This document shows positions 52,034-63,036 of a DNA stretch of 64,000 nucleotides, one piece after another; position 1 is the first letter of the stretch; each line of letters starts with the position of its first letter. The translations under genes were made by a program, and so were the position numbers. The stretch is from Hellea sp. (lineage in GTDB: Bacteria > Pseudomonadota > Alphaproteobacteria > Caulobacterales > Maricaulaceae): NCBI GenBank assembly GCA_020628495.1, contig JAHDFA010000001.1, positions 7,405 through 71,404 of the forward strand. Reading direction: 5' to 3'. The notes beneath the pieces were generated by a model. The model was not told where the DNA came from, did not search any database, and saw nothing but the letters and a program-made list of their open reading frames with translations.

Positions 52034-53244
52034 TCCGCTGCGACAGAGTCAGAGTGCAAAAGCGCCCTCAAATTCCGCGCAGCTTGGCGAATACGTTGTT
52101 CATTCTCAACCAATGCCATGCGGACATAGCCTTCACCGTTTTCACCGAATCCCACGCCGGGCGACACGGCAACTCCTGCTTCTTTCATCAGGAGCTTGGA
52201 GAACTCCACTGATCCCAAATGCGCAAATTTTGGCGGCAAAGGTGCCCAAGCAAACATAGATGCATCCGGTGACGGAATATCCCATCCTGCTCTACCAAAG
52301 CTCTCCACCAAGACATCACGGCGCTTACGGTAAATCTCGCGCGCTTCGTCAATACAATCCTGTGGGCCGTCAAGAGCCGCGCAAGCCGCCACTTGAATGG
52401 GCGTAAATGCTCCATAATCCAGATATGATTTCACACGGGTCAGAGCGGCAATCAGGCGCCTGTTACCGACGGCAAAGCCCATGCGCCAGCCCGCCATTGA
52501 ATAAGTCTTGGACAGAGAGATAGTCTCAATCGCCATTAACTCTTCCGGATCGACAAACTCAAAAATCGACGGCGGCGCTTCGCCAAAGTAAATCTCGGAA
52601 TAGGCCAAATCGGAGAGAAGGATAGCGCCGCAATTCCGCGCAATATCCACAATCTCTTCATAAAATGCGCGATCAGCCGTCATACCTGTTGGATTAGATG
52701 GGAAACAAACAACGATGGCCATGGGCGGTTTCTCAGCTTCCGCCAAAGCGACTTTAACCCCAGCTAAATATTCTTCCGCCGTAATCGCAGGTATGCCCTG
52801 AATAGTCGCGCCTGCGATAATGAAACCATAGGCATGGAGTGGGTAAGATGGATCAGGTGCGTAGATGACATCGCCGGGGGCCGTGATGGCCTGCGCCAGG
52901 TTTGCAAACCCCTCCTTAGACCCGATTGTTGCTATGATTTGGTCTTCTGCATCCAATTTTACACTAAATCGACGGTCATAGTAACGTGAACAGGCTTGGC
53001 GTAAGCCCTTGATTCCTTTGGACGCTGAGTAGCCCGTAACTTTCGGCTTCTGGACTGTTTCAATCAATTTATCTATGACATGTTGCGGTGTCGGGAGATC
53101 AGGATTTCCGAACCCGAAATCAATGATGTCCTGCCCATCAGCCCGAAGCTGAGCCTTGAGCTTATTTACTTCCGCAAAAACATAAGGCGGAAGGCGCTTA
53201 ATGCGATAAAATTCGTCCGTCGGAATTTCGGGATTTGTCTGCAT
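52030..53244 (-). CDS. Class I PLP aminotransferase (AlaC / LL-DAP aminotransferase-like)
   Basis: RLPPYVF, GNPD, GSKEG, PSNPT, DLAY, SKTYSMAGWRMG, KSYLDYG. Confidence 0.9.
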   Translation of the reverse strand: MQTNPEIPTDEFYRIKRLPPYVFAEVNKLKAQLRADGQDIIDFGFGNPDLPTPQHVIDKLIETVQKPKVTGYSASKGIKGLRQACSRYYDRRFSVKLDAEDQIIATIGSKEGFANLAQAITAPGDVIYAPDPSYPLHAYGFIIAGATIQGIPAITAEEYLAGVKVALAEAEKPPMAIVVCFPSNPTGMTADRAFYEEIVDIARNCGAILLSDLAYSEIYFGEAPPSIFEFVDPEELMAIETISLSKTYSMAGWRMGFAVGNRRLIAALTRVKSYLDYGAFTPIQVAACAALDGPQDCIDEAREIYRKRRDVLVESFGRAGWDIPSPDASMFAWAPLPPKFAHLGSVEFSKLLMKEAGVAVSPGVGFGENGEGYVRMALVENEQRIRQAARNLRALLHSDSVAAE

Positions 53245-53268
53245 GACGGTCTGTCCTGTCGCCTTCGT

Positions 53269-53664
53269 CTAACGGCGGGGTTTATAGTCCGGGAAGCCCT
53301 CTACGGGTCCGGTGGCGGGGTCATCTTTTTTATAAGCTTGAGCCTTAGCTTTTAAAGATTCAAATTCTTCTTCGGCTTCCGCCTCGGTCAGGCCCGGCTC
53401 AACATCTTTGCGTACAGATGTCTCGCCCAGTTTCTGTAGAGCACGTGCATCTTTATCCCATTGCGCATCGGAACGAATATCCGTCGGTGCGAGTGGAGCA
53501 TCTTTCACGCGCGGGTAATCTTTTGCAATATTCTCTGCGTCCTCGCTGAATTCTGGCGACTTCATGATATCGATTTTAGGCATTTTAACAGTCTGACAGC
53601 CCGTAAGCAGCAAAGATGTCACGATGCAAATACCGATTCGGTGAGTGAGTACGCGGTTTAACAT
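53269..53664 (-). CDS. Hypothetical lipoprotein
   Basis: LLLTGC lipobox followed by a hydrophilic body. Confidence 0.65.
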   Translation of the reverse strand: MLNRVLTHRIGICIVTSLLLTGCQTVKMPKIDIMKSPEFSEDAENIAKDYPRVKDAPLAPTDIRSDAQWDKDARALQKLGETSVRKDVEPGLTEAEAEEEFESLKAKAQAYKKDDPATGPVEGFPDYKPRR

Positions 53665-53728
53665 GACATTTATATGTCCCAAAAGACGATGTGGGTCATC
53701 CTAATTATCGCTCATAATGCGGCGACGT

Positions 53729-54766
53729 CTACGGGAAGACACCTACATATCCTAAACCAAGGGTTTCATCCCATCCTTGCGTCAAATTATAGTTCTGGAT
53801 CGCCTGTCCTGAACTGCCCTTGGTGAGATTATCAATCACTGACACTATGACCGCAGAATTCGGAGTGCGATCCGCAAAAATTCCGATTTGGCAATGATTA
53901 CTTCCGCGCACGTGACGGGTTTGTGGAACTTGGCCTTTTTCCAGGATATGAACGAAAGGCTCATCATCATATGTAGACTTGTAATGCTTGCGTAAGGCAG
54001 CAACGTCAGTTCCTTCCGTCAAATTTACATGGCATGTCGCAATCATCCCTCTGTTCATGGGCAGAAGGTGCGGCGTAAAGCGGACATTGGCAGCTTGCCC
54101 AGCAAAATCTCGAATAGCTTGGTCCATTTCAGGCGCATGACGATGCATCCCAATCGCGTAGGCCTGCGCACCATCCGTTATTTCAGAATAGGCAAAAGCT
54201 AAGCTGGCTTTGCGCCCTGCTCCTGTGACGCCTGATTTTGCATCAATAATGATACTCTTCGGCTCAATCATTCCGCCAGCCAAACCCGGCAAAAGCGCTA
54301 ACATTGAACAGGTAGGATAGCACCCAGGACAAGCCACTAACTTTGCGCCGCGAAGATTGTCTCTGGCAAATTCCGTCAGGCCGTAAACCCGCTCACCCAA
54401 GAGCGATCTAAACTCATGCGGGCGTCCATAAGTTAGTTCGTAAAGGCCTGGATCAGACAGACGGAAATCAGCAGACAAGTCTATGACCGTTTCGACTTGG
54501 TCATAAATCTTCGCAATCGTCTCTTGGCTGGCCCCATGAGGCAGGCAGGCAAACACAACATCAATTTCCGTCCAATCTACTTCATCCAAAGTCGTCAGAG
54601 GCGGGAGATCCTGCCCTGCAAAATTCCGAAATACATCGGAATAGGATTCGCCGGCACGGCTATGGGCCGTCATGGCTTTCAGATTAAGTTTGGGATGGCC
54701 CAAAATCAGGCGGACGGCTTCCTCGCCTGTATATCCTGATGCCCCAAGGACGGCTGCATTTTTCAT
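53729..54766 (-). CDS. argC: N-acetyl-gamma-glutamyl-phosphate reductase
   Basis: GASGYTG, CLPHG, DLSADFR, PGCYPT, SGVTGAG, HRHAPE, DNLTKG. Confidence 0.96.
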   Translation of the reverse strand: MKNAAVLGASGYTGEEAVRLILGHPKLNLKAMTAHSRAGESYSDVFRNFAGQDLPPLTTLDEVDWTEIDVVFACLPHGASQETIAKIYDQVETVIDLSADFRLSDPGLYELTYGRPHEFRSLLGERVYGLTEFARDNLRGAKLVACPGCYPTCSMLALLPGLAGGMIEPKSIIIDAKSGVTGAGRKASLAFAYSEITDGAQAYAIGMHRHAPEMDQAIRDFAGQAANVRFTPHLLPMNRGMIATCHVNLTEGTDVAALRKHYKSTYDDEPFVHILEKGQVPQTRHVRGSNHCQIGIFADRTPNSAVIVSVIDNLTKGSSGQAIQNYNLTQGWDETLGLGYVGVFP

Positions 54767-54781
54767 AGTCTGACACCCAAT

Positions 54782-54812
54782 AAAAAAGGCGCCTCGGTTA
54801 CCCGAAGCGCCT
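54782..54812 (-). terminator. Intrinsic terminator of rplM-rpsI
   Basis: AGGCGCTTCGG-GTAA-CCGAGGCGCCT followed by a T run. Confidence 0.85.
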
Positions 54813-54843
54813 GAACACATAGACCAAAAGGTCGAAGTAAGAC

Positions 54844-55350
54844 TTAACGCTTAGAGAACTGGAAGCTCTTACGCGCTTTGGCACGGCCATATTTCTTACG
54901 TTCCACAACACGAGAGTCGCGCGTAATAAAGCCAGCAGCTTTAAGCGGAGCGCGCAAGGCAGGCTCATAATATGTCAGAGCTTTTGTGATGCCGTGACGA
55001 ACGGCACCTGCCTGACCGGACAAACCGCCGCCCTTAACAGTCGCCATAACGTCATATGAGTCGACGCGGTCAGCAACTTGAAAAGCCTGAGCGATGATGA
55101 GACGCAAAACAGGACGTGCAAAGTAAACTTCCTGATCGCGACCATTAACAACAATCTTACCACTACCCGGTTTGATCCAAACACGGGCGATAGAGTTCTT
55201 GCGCTTACCGGTCGCATATGAACGACCGTGCTCGTCAATTTTTGGATCAGGCAATGTTGCCGGATCAACAGCAGTCGTTTCTGCGCCGACGGTTCCGTCA
55301 ACAACGTCTTTCAGGTCCGCGAGGGATTGTGCAGTATTTGTATCTGACAT
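54844..55350 (-). CDS. rpsI: 30S ribosomal protein S9
   Basis: [35 protein letters not shown]. Confidence 0.98.
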   Translation of the reverse strand: MSDTNTAQSLADLKDVVDGTVGAETTAVDPATLPDPKIDEHGRSYATGKRKNSIARVWIKPGSGKIVVNGRDQEVYFARPVLRLIIAQAFQVADRVDSYDVMATVKGGGLSGQAGAVRHGITKALTYYEPALRAPLKAAGFITRDSRVVERKKYGRAKARKSFQFSKR

Positions 55351-55354
55351 GGTC

Positions 55355-55825
55355 CTAGCCTCTCTTCACGTTCTTTTCGGACAATGATTTAAAATCAATG
55401 ACCTCTGGGTTTTGAGCGGCATGCTCATGCTCTGAACCTGCGTAAACGCGAAGGTTAGAGAGTTGCTTACGTGCCAATGGGCTTTCCTTTGGCAGCATAC
55501 GCTGAACGGCTTTGCGCATAACGCGGTCCGGGAAACGTCCGTCGAGCACTTTGGCAGCAGTCGTTTCTTTCAAACCACCTGCATATCCTGTGTGGCGATA
55601 GTAAACTTTGTCGGAACGCTTATTTCCTGTGAAGTGAACTTTGTCAGCATTGATGATGATGACGTTGTCGCCGCAATCAATGTGTGGCGTGTAATCGGGG
55701 CGATGCTTTCCGCGCAGGCGCATGGCAACAAAAGTTGCAAGGCGGCCAACGACGACATCTTCCGCATCGATGAGAATCCATTTCTTCTCAATGTCAGCGG
55801 TTTTCAGAAACTTTGTCGTTTTCAT
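55355..55825 (-). CDS. rplM: 50S ribosomal protein L13
   Basis: [35 protein letters not shown]. Confidence 0.98.
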   Translation of the reverse strand: MKTTKFLKTADIEKKWILIDAEDVVVGRLATFVAMRLRGKHRPDYTPHIDCGDNVIIINADKVHFTGNKRSDKVYYRHTGYAGGLKETTAAKVLDGRFPDRVMRKAVQRMLPKESPLARKQLSNLRVYAGSEHEHAAQNPEVIDFKSLSEKNVKRG

Positions 55826-55879
55826 GATAAACCTTGAAAATAGGGAAACAGGTCAAAACGGCCTGTTTTGCGATGGCGC

Positions 55880-55908
55880 TACCTACGCAAGACGACTCCA
55901 ACCGTCAA
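55880..55908 (-). promoter_or_regulatory. Putative rplM promoter
   Basis: TTGACG-N17-TAGGTA. Confidence 0.6.
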
Positions 55909-55973
55909 CAGACTATTTCAGCAACCTTTGCCAAAATTCCATTACAGAACAATACTTTAAAAATTTGGTATTA

Positions 55974-56987
55974 TTATACCGTATACCTGGACCGCCAATT
56001 TACGCCAATTACGGCCAAGAAAACCAGTATTGACGTAAACTGATGCAAAAGGGACAGATTAAGCGGTGCGGCAGCCAGCAATGTCCAAATACCCAACGCG
56101 ACTTGCAACCCCAACAGCCCCCCAAAGATGACCATAGCAGGCTGGACAGACCTGCTTCGACGGAAAGACAATCCGACCCAAATCGCAAAAATCAATAGAA
56201 CATAGGCTAAAGTCCGGTGGTTAAATTGAATCGCTGCCGGATTCTCAAAAAGATTACGCCAAAATGGGGTCTGGATACCATATCCCGCAGGAATGAGATC
56301 CCCATCCATCAATGGCCACTCATTATACGTCCGACCGGAATGTGTGCCTGCCATAAAAGCTCCGCCTATGATTTGGAGATAGACAAGCCCCGCTAAAAGC
56401 AATGTTCGAACCCGCCCATGCTGGTAATTGGTCCGGTCCCATCCTGACCGCTGACGTTTGTACAGCCAATACAAAGCCCCCAAAATAATAAATGCCATGC
56501 CGAGATGTGTCGCAAGACGATATTGGCTGACATTCACCATGCCCTCTTGCAGACCGCTATACACCATCCACCAACCGATAGCGCCCTGCACCCCAATCAG
56601 TAGGGCAATGCTGAAGAACTTCCAACGATGCCCGATGGCCAACTTTCCCTTCGCAAGAAACCAAAAAAACGGGAGCGTGAAGGAAAGTCCGATAAATCGG
56701 CCGAGCTGGCGATGCCCCCATTCCCAAAAATAGATAAATTTAAAACCAGCCAAATCCATGTCAGGATGCTCGGCCTCAAACTCTGGAATGAGCTTATATT
56801 TCTCGAACTCTGCAACCCAAGCCTCTGCCGAAAGCGGCGGCAAGGCCCCGCGAATGGGCGCCCACTCTGTTATGGACAATCCGGAATTGGTCAGCCGCGT
56901 TGCACCACCAACTACGATCATTGCCGCGACCAGCAAGATCATGAAAATAAGCCAAATTTCAACGGATTTGGAGCGTGTTTCAATCAT
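55974..56987 (-). CDS. ctaA: Heme A synthase (COX15 type)
   Basis: GGATRLTNSGLSITEW, EWGHRQLGR, GWWMVYSG, YRLATH, QFNHR. Confidence 0.95.
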   Translation of the reverse strand: MIETRSKSVEIWLIFMILLVAAMIVVGGATRLTNSGLSITEWAPIRGALPPLSAEAWVAEFEKYKLIPEFEAEHPDMDLAGFKFIYFWEWGHRQLGRFIGLSFTLPFFWFLAKGKLAIGHRWKFFSIALLIGVQGAIGWWMVYSGLQEGMVNVSQYRLATHLGMAFIILGALYWLYKRQRSGWDRTNYQHGRVRTLLLAGLVYLQIIGGAFMAGTHSGRTYNEWPLMDGDLIPAGYGIQTPFWRNLFENPAAIQFNHRTLAYVLLIFAIWVGLSFRRSRSVQPAMVIFGGLLGLQVALGIWTLLAAAPLNLSLLHQFTSILVFLAVIGVNWRSRYTV

Positions 56988-57057
56988 ACAAGCGATATAG
57001 CGCGAAATCCATCAAAGTCGACGCGGCATTTCAGACCCCCATAATCGAGCCACAAGA

Positions 57058-57134
57058 TGGTCGGAGTAGCAGGATTCGAACCTGCGACCCCACGCCCCCC
57101 AGGCGTGTGCGCTACCGGACTGCGCCATACTCCG
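57058..57134 (-). tRNA. tRNA-Pro(GGG)
   Basis: CGGAGTA...CACGC-CTGGGGG-GCGTG...TACTCCGACCA, 77 nt. Confidence 0.96.
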
Positions 57135-57206
57135 CCGTCCATCTTGAATTGCGGCCTATAGGAAAAAGGCAATGCACGCGCAAGTCATGTTTGCGGCACG
57201 AAATCC

Positions 57207-57788
57207 TTAGTCGACAGATCCCGCTTTACGAAAATCAGAGAGCTTCATTTTCAATGACTGTAGACTTTCCAGCGCTTCCTCCAGAGCCTGTTTATCAGCC
57301 AGTGATGGGCCGGTCGGCGGTAGCGGGGTCGGAGCCGGAGGAGATTGTGAAAGAACGGATTCAGGTGCGGCGGACGCAGACGGGACAGCTTCAGGCCTAA
57401 AGCTAGGCGGTGGCGGCGGAGGCGAAGGTGTTGCGGAGGTATCTGCCGGGACGATGCGCGGCGGCAGTAAATCTGTTTCCGCAACTGACTTATCTCGTGC
57501 GGCCTTTTCCAATGACCGCCCCAATTCAACAATGCGTGCAGCACCTTTTTTTTGAATCAGCTTCTGGACATCTTTGATAGGATGCTTCTCATCATGAAGA
57601 AGTTTTTTGATACCGCGAATAAACTCAATATCTTCAGGACGATAAAAACGCCGCCCGCCACCGCGCTTAATAGGTTTAATCTGAGAGAATTTTGATTCCC
57701 AAAACCGCAAGACATGAGGCTGTAATCCCAGTTCCTCACCGGCCTCGCTAATCGTTCTAAACGCGCGTGTAGTCTTTGTTTGGCTCAT
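57207..57788 (-). CDS. MerR-family HTH regulator (ihfA-associated)
   Basis: [31 protein letters not shown]; Pro-rich linker. Confidence 0.9.
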   Translation of the reverse strand: MSQTKTTRAFRTISEAGEELGLQPHVLRFWESKFSQIKPIKRGGGRRFYRPEDIEFIRGIKKLLHDEKHPIKDVQKLIQKKGAARIVELGRSLEKAARDKSVAETDLLPPRIVPADTSATPSPPPPPPSFRPEAVPSASAAPESVLSQSPPAPTPLPPTGPSLADKQALEEALESLQSLKMKLSDFRKAGSVD

Positions 57789-57840
57789 ATCTGCCCGCAC
57801 TATACCCCCGCCGGGATATCCGGCTGCGAATCAGAGCGTA

Positions 57841-58164
57841 TCACGACTTGGGCGATAACGCCGAATCCACACGTTCACGCAGGACTTGGGACGGCTTGAA
57901 AACCAAAACCCGCCGCGGGGTAATCGGGACTTCTTCGCCTGTCTTCGGGTTTCTGCCTATGCGCTCTTTCTTATCGCGTAGGGAAAATGTTCCAAAGCCG
58001 GCCATTTTGACATGCTCACCTTTGACGAGGGAGTCGCCAATATGGTCAATCACCGACTCCACGAGACTGGAGCTTTCTGATCGAGATAAACCAATCTCTC
58101 GATAGACGGCTTCTGCGAGATCTTGACGCGTGACGGTTTGAGAATTGACGGTTGTAGCTGGCAT
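57841..58164 (-). CDS. ihfA: Integration host factor alpha
   Basis: [33 protein letters not shown]. Confidence 0.96.
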   Translation of the reverse strand: MPATTVNSQTVTRQDLAEAVYREIGLSRSESSSLVESVIDHIGDSLVKGEHVKMAGFGTFSLRDKKERIGRNPKTGEEVPITPRRVLVFKPSQVLRERVDSALSPKS

Positions 58165-58248
58165 GAAACCGTTAAAGCAAATTTAGAGCCGTAAAATCAA
58201 GCTAAGACTTTGGAAATTAGTGATTAATCTAAGAAAAACTTGGTTTTC

Positions 58249-59223
58249 CTAATATCGCAAGAGGGCTGCGCCCCATGTGAAGCCACCGCCAAAGGCCTCC
58301 AGCATGACTAAGTCCCCTTTTTTTATGCGCCCATCCTTGACCGCTGTATCCATAGCTAACGGGACGGATGCCGCAGAGGTGTTTGCATGTTGCGCAACGG
58401 TAGAGATGACTTGTTCAGGCCGTAATTTCAGACGTTTCGCCACTGCTGTCAGAATTCTTTGGTTCGCTTGGTGCGGGACGAACCAATCGATATCCGCAAT
58501 GTCCACTCCGGCTTGCTCGGCGCAATCACGGATCACTTGTGCAATATCAGTTACGGCATGTTTGAACACTTGATTGCCCAACATCCTTAAATGTCCAACG
58601 GTCTGCGTGCGTGACGGTCCACCATCGACATAGAGCATATCCCGGTGCGCGCCGTCAGATCGCACAAAAGTTTGCAGAATACCGGATGCGTCTTCCTTGA
58701 GCAAAGCCCCTTCTTCCACAGCCTCAATCACTACGGCGCCCGCACCATCGCCAAATAACACACAGGTCCCGCGATCCGTCCAGTCCAGTATGCGAGAGAA
58801 AGTTTCCGCACCAATGAGCAATGCGCGTTTCGCACCGCCGGATTTCAACAATGCATTGGTGACATGCATACCGTATATAAAGCCAGAGCAAACAGCTTGA
58901 ATATCAAAGGCCGCACCGTGCCGCATACCCAGCCTTTCCTGAATCATGGTTGCAGTGGCCGGAAATGTCAGATCAGGCGTGGAAGTGGCAACAACAATTA
59001 AATCAATATCGTCAGCCGTCATGCCGGCATCCTGCAAAGCCTTTAATGCGGCTTCATAGCCCAAATCAGATGTGAATTGCCCCTCATCCGCAATATGCCG
59101 TTCACGAATGCCTGTGCGTTCCTGGATCCATGCATCAGAGGTTTCAACAATCTCCGACATTTCGAGATTGGTCATCACTCGTTGTGGTAAAAAGCTCCCT
59201 ATGCCCCGAATGACAGCTCTCAT
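58249..59223 (-). CDS. fabH: Beta-ketoacyl-ACP synthase III
   Basis: [35 protein letters not shown]. Confidence 0.96.
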   Translation of the reverse strand: MRAVIRGIGSFLPQRVMTNLEMSEIVETSDAWIQERTGIRERHIADEGQFTSDLGYEAALKALQDAGMTADDIDLIVVATSTPDLTFPATATMIQERLGMRHGAAFDIQAVCSGFIYGMHVTNALLKSGGAKRALLIGAETFSRILDWTDRGTCVLFGDGAGAVVIEAVEEGALLKEDASGILQTFVRSDGAHRDMLYVDGGPSRTQTVGHLRMLGNQVFKHAVTDIAQVIRDCAEQAGVDIADIDWFVPHQANQRILTAVAKRLKLRPEQVISTVAQHANTSAASVPLAMDTAVKDGRIKKGDLVMLEAFGGGFTWGAALLRY

Positions 59224-60275
59224 GCGATAAATCCGATGTTATCATCTTCGTCGTGAAGTGCATCCAAGCGCGCATCAATCGCCTCTTGGAAATCACTTTC
59301 TGCCAATCCCATAGCAATATTCAAGGCATTGGAATAACCGATTGCGTCCGTCCCGCCATGGCTTTTGACAACTACGCCATTCAGACCCAGAAATACGCCG
59401 CCATTCGCACGCCGCGGATCCATTTTCTTTTTGAGTTTACGCAAAGCCATGAGATTCAGCGCCGTGGTGAATTTTGACCAAAGGTTATCGTTCAGCGCCT
59501 GAGAGAAAAATGTACTGATGAGTTTGGCCGTACCCTCTGCAGTTTTCAGCGCAATATTCCCCGTGAAACCATCCGTAATCACGACATCCACATTCCCCGC
59601 AGAGATATTGTTACCTTCAACAAAACCGATATAATTCAGGCCCAATTGGGATTGCGCAAGGCGTTCATGTGCCGCTTTAATTGTGGTATTGCCTTTACCT
59701 TCTTCGGTTCCGACATTCAGCAAACCTACGGCTGGTGCAGCTTTTCCGTAAATAGCCCGGAAATAGGCTTCGCCTAAAATCGCAAATTCCGTCAACTGCG
59801 CGGCGTCACATTCAACATTGGCGCCTACGTCCAAAACGACTGTCATATCGCCGGACAGGTTTGGCCAGCTCGCCGCGATAGCGGGACGTTGAACGCCCCG
59901 TTTTGCGCGAAGCTGCAATTTGGACATCGCCATCAATGCGCCGGTATTGCCTGCAGATACGGCGATACCTGCCTGCCCGCCTTTCACGGCGGCGATGGCA
60001 TTCCACATGCTAGACCCCTTACCCTTCCGCAAGGCTTGTGACGGTTTGTCGTCCATCGAGACTGTTTTATCAGTATGAAACACTTCGGAACGCTCGCGTG
60101 TGCGCGGCGCAGCCTCTAATAGAGGTGCCAGTTTTTCCGCATCACCATGTAACTGGAAACGTGCACGACGGCCTTCGCCCTCATGGGTCAGGAAATATTC
60201 GATTCCCTTGATAACGATGTCCGGGGCGTTATCGCCGCCCATGGCATCAATAGATATTATCAGTCCGTCTAGCAT
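59220..60275 (-). CDS. plsX: Phosphate acyltransferase
   Basis: [34 protein letters not shown]. Confidence 0.96.
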   Translation of the reverse strand: MLDGLIISIDAMGGDNAPDIVIKGIEYFLTHEGEGRRARFQLHGDAEKLAPLLEAAPRTRERSEVFHTDKTVSMDDKPSQALRKGKGSSMWNAIAAVKGGQAGIAVSAGNTGALMAMSKLQLRAKRGVQRPAIAASWPNLSGDMTVVLDVGANVECDAAQLTEFAILGEAYFRAIYGKAAPAVGLLNVGTEEGKGNTTIKAAHERLAQSQLGLNYIGFVEGNNISAGNVDVVITDGFTGNIALKTAEGTAKLISTFFSQALNDNLWSKFTTALNLMALRKLKKKMDPRRANGGVFLGLNGVVVKSHGGTDAIGYSNALNIAMGLAESDFQEAIDARLDALHDEDDNIGFIA

Positions 60276-60340
60276 TTAGTGTTCCCGTTGGAGGGCGGGT
60301 ATAGTGTCCTGAGCGAGCAAAGCCTAGCCTTAAACCCGTC

Positions 60341-60907
60341 TCAATTCATAATCTGCGGAAAATGAAATTCCGTTAGCGCGATTTGCCCCAAAGAAAGTGG
60401 AGCCAGAATATCATCATAAGCCAAGAGATATGCCGCCATTCGGTTTTGAAAATGCGGTGCATCTTCACCAAACGCCGGAGCATTCCCTGCTGCATTTAAC
60501 GTTTCCGCGAAAACAACATCCAAGGCTTGAATTTTATCGTCCTGATTTAACGCTTCCGCATATTTTTTAACGCGGTCATAAAACAGCGATATCATAGGCT
60601 GAATACGCTTTTTTACGCTGGCATCTGACAGAGCCTCCTCGCGCAAGGCAATCTCGAAATCATCTTTCATCTCGTCAAACAAGGCTTGCCCAAGACGTTC
60701 TCCATTCTCTCCAAATCTGTTTAAATTTGACAAGACAGCCGCAATATGAAGCGTCAAAACGTCAATTCGACCATCATAGCTGTCTTCAAATCGACCTGCG
60801 CCATAAAAGTCAGGTGTACGGGATTGCGCCATCAATTTGGCATAAACCCGGCGGGCATCCGTTTTTGCGGCGTCTTCACGCCTAAAAATGCGGTGTAAAA
60901 AATTCAT
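60341..60907 (-). CDS. Ubiquinol-cytochrome c chaperone (Cbp3-like)
   Basis: QSR.P.FY...D..DGR..VL.LH, ALRE...D..V, FY.R...Y; usual position divergent from bamE. Confidence 0.85.
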   Translation of the reverse strand: MNFLHRIFRREDAAKTDARRVYAKLMAQSRTPDFYGAGRFEDSYDGRIDVLTLHIAAVLSNLNRFGENGERLGQALFDEMKDDFEIALREEALSDASVKKRIQPMISLFYDRVKKYAEALNQDDKIQALDVVFAETLNAAGNAPAFGEDAPHFQNRMAAYLLAYDDILAPLSLGQIALTEFHFPQIMN

Positions 60908-61022
60908 ATGTCCTGTCTCACTCGGGTCATATCTGACCAAATCTTCACGCAGTTACTACCTTGCCCTCGCTATGCGGGAGCGTTAGGTCCATCACAACAA
61001 AAGACTTTACGCGTGACCCATT

Positions 61023-61535
61023 ATGAACGTGCCAACAAAACTTCTTATTCTTACAGCTGCCGTGGCTTTAACGTCCGCATGCAACCCTGTGCTGAGAACA
61101 CATGGATATGTTCCGACGGCTGAAAAACCACAAGCGGTTAATCCTGACACGGACACGAAATCATCCGTATTGTCGCGATTGGGTAATCCATCAGTGAAAT
61201 CGACCTTTGACGAAAAAGTCGAAGATGATGTCTGGTATTACATCACTTCGGTCCGTCAGCGTTACGCTTACCTTCGGCCGCAAATTGAAGACCGGACCAT
61301 TACAGCCATCCACTTTAATCCCGATGGACAAGTCACCAAGGTCGCTGAATATGGATTGGAAGACGGCGTCCCTGTTAATTATGTTGACCGCACAACACCG
61401 ACACGCGGCCGCGAATTATCAGTGCTGGAACAAATTTTCGGCACGATTGGCCGTCTGCCTACAGATCGACTGACAGGTGCAAATGGACCGACCGGCGGCG
61501 GAGGCGGCGCGGGTCAAACGGGCGGCGGACGCTAG
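61023..61535 (+). CDS. bamE: Outer membrane assembly factor BamE
   Basis: Lipobox TSAC, HGY, LGNPS, WYYI, TPTRGRELS. Confidence 0.92.
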   Translation: MNVPTKLLILTAAVALTSACNPVLRTHGYVPTAEKPQAVNPDTDTKSSVLSRLGNPSVKSTFDEKVEDDVWYYITSVRQRYAYLRPQIEDRTITAIHFNPDGQVTKVAEYGLEDGVPVNYVDRTTPTRGRELSVLEQIFGTIGRLPTDRLTGANGPTGGGGGAGQTGGGR

Positions 61536-61541
61536 TCCCGC

Positions 61542-62522
61542 TTACTTATGGGCATAGCCCTTTTTTGGCCATGCAATTTCCCGGTCATCAATATCCAGAC
61601 AAACTGCCCCTTGTCCTGCAAGCATTGACCCGATCAGCGTCAATTTGAGTTTAAGACGACGCGCTGCGTCGAAAACAGCCTGCCGGCTCTTAGCTTTTGC
61701 CGTGAAGACAACGCCGTAATCATCACCAAAGCTAGCCAGCTTTTGTCTGGACTCCACCGGGTCTGATTGCGCCTCGGCCCAACTCTCTGCCCCCAAAGAA
61801 AACGGCAAAGCATCAAAGTTGAGAGTTGCGCATGTTTCGCTCAAAGCGGAGATATGCGCGACGTCCGCCATGATGCCGTCGGAAATATCTGCGGCTGCCG
61901 TCGCAAAATTTGCGAGAATATTTTGAAAGGCAAATGCCGGCTCGGGCCGCCAATAGGCGGTTTCAAACGCGATAAGATGCTCTCCCGATGGCACGGGAGA
62001 AATAGTTTTATTCGTGACTAAATCACATCCCAATTTTGCATCCCCCAATACGCCGCTGACCCATATGTCATCTCCGATTGCGGCACCTGCCCGCCTTACC
62101 ATGCCGCCCTGACGAACTTCACCGATGAGCGTAATCGAAAACACAGCAGGCCCGTCAATTGCAGTGGTATCTCCACCCCAGAGTCTGCAACCAAATTCTG
62201 CTTGTGTCGTTTCCAGACCTTTCGCAAAGGCCGGTATCCATTTTTCCATCTTCGCGGCAGGCATGGAGAGTGAGAGTTGATACCCTAAAGGCGTTCCAGC
62301 TTTCGCCGCAATATCCGACAGATTTGTGCGCAGCAGACGTTCCGCTACATCTGCACCATACATTCCCACCGGAAAGTGTATACCTTCGACAAAACTATCC
62401 GTCGTTATAAGTAAATCCTGCCCCGTGCGCGGCGATAATTTGGCCGTATCGTCTTTTAGGCTGAGACCCTCAGGCCCCGCCAAGGGCGCAAAGTATCGTT
62501 CAATCAGGTCAAACTCATTCAT
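61542..62522 (-). CDS. thiL: Thiamine-monophosphate kinase
   Basis: EFDLIERYF, DDTA, EGIHF, NLSDIAA, GGDT, DISDG. Confidence 0.94.
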   Translation of the reverse strand: MNEFDLIERYFAPLAGPEGLSLKDDTAKLSPRTGQDLLITTDSFVEGIHFPVGMYGADVAERLLRTNLSDIAAKAGTPLGYQLSLSMPAAKMEKWIPAFAKGLETTQAEFGCRLWGGDTTAIDGPAVFSITLIGEVRQGGMVRRAGAAIGDDIWVSGVLGDAKLGCDLVTNKTISPVPSGEHLIAFETAYWRPEPAFAFQNILANFATAAADISDGIMADVAHISALSETCATLNFDALPFSLGAESWAEAQSDPVESRQKLASFGDDYGVVFTAKAKSRQAVFDAARRLKLKLTLIGSMLAGQGAVCLDIDDREIAWPKKGYAHK

Positions 62523-63036
62523 CTTCAGATGAGATGTCTTCCGCAGGCGTTTTGGCAGCAAGCGCATGAGACGCCGTTAATCCAAATTCTGCCGAACGGA
62601 CATCTTTTGCAATCTTGTCCAAAACACCATTCACGATACCCGGCTCTTTGCCGGAGAAGAACTCTGTCGCAATCGCCATATATTCATTGATGATAACCAA
62701 TGCCGGTACATCAGGACGACGCTGTATTTCATAGGTCGCTGAGCGCAGAAGAGCCCGCAAGGTCGCATCTAATCGTCGTAACGGCCATTTGTCAGATAAC
62801 CGCCCATCAATGGCCTCATCAATTGCGGTTTGGTTTGAGACGACACCGTAAATAATGTCCTCGAAATAAGGCTCATCCGCGCGGACCATTCCAGGTTCGT
62901 CCTCATAGCCGAAGCGATGATCGAGAAATTCTTTGACGACCGTTTTATGCGGCGCGCCCGAAACATCCATTTGATACAGCGCCTGTACGGCACTGACGCG
63001 TGATACGCGTCTTAGCTTTGGGTTGGCACCGCTCAT
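62515..63036 (-). CDS. nusB: Transcription antitermination factor NusB
   Basis: SR..AVQALYQ, W..RLD, INEY, NGVLD. Confidence 0.95.
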   Translation of the reverse strand: MSGANPKLRRVSRVSAVQALYQMDVSGAPHKTVVKEFLDHRFGYEDEPGMVRADEPYFEDIIYGVVSNQTAIDEAIDGRLSDKWPLRRLDATLRALLRSATYEIQRRPDVPALVIINEYMAIATEFFSGKEPGIVNGVLDKIAKDVRSAEFGLTASHALAAKTPAEDISSEDE

